Shown: positions 62,453 to 64,000 of the stretch, piece by piece
How positions within the stretch are numbered: the stretch's first letter is position 1
Layout of the letters: the number at the start of each line of letters is the position of its first letter
Origin: the human T2T-CHM13v2.0 reference genome, Homo sapiens
DNA: 64,000 bases
Assembly: GCF_009914755.1 (NCBI RefSeq)
Contig: NC_060928.1
Reading direction: 5' to 3' (one strand)
The notes under the pieces: model-generated
The model's database searches: none
What the model was told of the DNA's origin: nothing
What the model saw: the letters and a program-made list of their open reading frames with translations, nothing else
Made by a program: the position numbers and the translations under genes

Positions 62453-62929
62453 TCATTGAATAAAGTAATCTCTCTGCTAACCAATAGGCACTCAAAAGCA
62501 AAACAAAACAAAAATCAGAAATTTCGCTTGCATTTGGAGAACAAAACAGAAAGCCCTGTGATACCCTTCAAAATACAAATGATCTCCTTACTGTTTCCCA
62601 GGGGGGACATCTCAGTCTTCCCCCACCCTCTTACTTAAGACACATTTTCCTGCTTCAAGCCTCAAATGGGATGGCTGTGCGTTCCTCGGGGCCACTGGAG
62701 CCCACCTCCAGCAGCAAGTCCAAAAAGTGTACCCGTTCTGGAGTGCCCACGCCAGAGTGTGGCCATCCTACCTACTCAGTGCCCCTGCCTCCTCAGCTGA
62801 CATTCTGCTGTAAGAGTACTTGTTTTCTAAACAGAAAGGTAAGAATGCTTTATGTGTGGCATTTCATCACCACGACTGTTTACCAAGATCTGACTGAGAT
62901 CTGGTGTGGAATGCATCCTAGTCATATAG

Positions 62930-63150
62930 CCTAAGAGGTAGCACAGAATCAGGCTGTAGCTTCTGGGTGAAAATGTCCTAGCTGGCATCTCAGCTGTCTG
63001 AGACGTTGGGGAATCATTTAACCTTGCTGCACCTCACTCTCCTCATCTGGAGAATAGGGTGATAAGACTACCCCATATTATTGTTGTGGAGGTTGATTTA
63101 ATGTGTGTTATTGCGCAAAGTGTTTATTAAATGATGGCCATTATTATTAC
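62930..63150 (+). mobile_element. MIR
   Basis: atcatttaacctt..cctcatctggagaatagggtgataa. Confidence 0.7.
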
Positions 63151-63307
63151 TGTGGTGTAATATAGTCATGTAATCTTACATCCACCATGTGATTTAGAGT
63201 CACTTGAAATTATAAATGCAGCATTAGTGTACAATGTTATGTAACCCTATTAGCTCATGGGGTAAAGAAAGAAATACGTAAGGGACCAGGTAAGAAAACA
63301 AGCAAAC

Positions 63308-63590
63308 CAGCCGGCGTGGTGGCTCACGCCTCTAACTCCACCACTTCGCGAGGCCGAAGTGGGTGGATCACGAGGTTAGGAGATAGTGACCATCCTGGCT
63401 AACATGGTGAAACCCCATCTCTACTAAAAAGAAAAAAGAAAAAAAAGAATTAGCCGGGTGTGCCTGTAGTCCCAGCTACTCCAGAGGCTGAGGCAGGAGA
63501 ATCTCTTAACCCGGAAGGCGGAGGTTGCAGTGAGCTGAGATCGCCCCACGACGCTCCAGCCTGGGCAACAAAGCGAGACACCATCAAAAG

Positions 63591-63621
<31 letters not shown>

Positions 63622-63626
63622 AACAG

Positions 63627-63699
<73 letters not shown>

Positions 63700-63747
63700 A
63701 AGAAAGAAAGAAAGAAAGAAAAGAAAGAAAGAAAGAAAGAAAAGAAA
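63308..63747 (+). mobile_element. AluSc/Y-like with a (GA)n(GAAA)n-expanded tail
   Basis: Alu body 63308-63585 with a short internal deletion; TSD aacaagcaaaccagc on both sides. Confidence 0.9.
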
Positions 63748-63749
63748 GA
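63586..63749. repeat. (GA)n/(GAAA)n tetranucleotide STR
   Basis: Direct reading. Confidence 0.95.
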
Positions 63750-64000
63750 ACAAGCAAACCAGCACCACATATGACATTTATAATAAAATCAACTCATATT
63801 CTTAAGCATAAGAGAAAGCATATAATGCAAGAGTACTAGAAAAGTACTAGAATAGAATCAAACTCTCATCTTAGAAATGGTATTTTTGGAACATTATTAT
63901 AATCTAATAAGTGGTACCCTAATTGTCCAAAAACAAGTTAGCAGTTAAAATCTTTTGATAGTATTGGGCCTATGGGATTCAAGCATGAGTTAAATTTTGA

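Noticed and set aside
63424-63777. ORFs over 100 aa
   Set aside because: Alu plus GAAA repeat translations

Overview
Primate genomic DNA, very probably human given two AluYb-lineage elements. It is AT-rich, repeat-dense and intronic or intergenic. I can support no protein-coding gene, RNA gene, CpG island or CRISPR array; nearly all listed ORFs come from Alu, L1 or microsatellite sequence, or are chance ORFs. The window holds about 20 Alus, several L1 fragments, L2/MIR/L3 relics, MaLR/ERV LTRs, hAT elements and simple repeats. The most notable structures lie beyond standard repeat annotation: (1) a ~395 bp, ~90%-identical inverted duplication 9.3 kb apart (46556-46953 vs 56203-56594) with a fold-back, template-switch-like junction; (2) a ~165 bp inverted templated insertion inside an MLT1 LTR; (3) a twin-primed L1PA that also carries a short 3' transduction; (4) a head-to-head pair of near-identical AluYb elements 3.9 kb apart. 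I see no convincing novel biological system. Subfamily calls and identities are by eye and need RepeatMasker or alignment confirmation.
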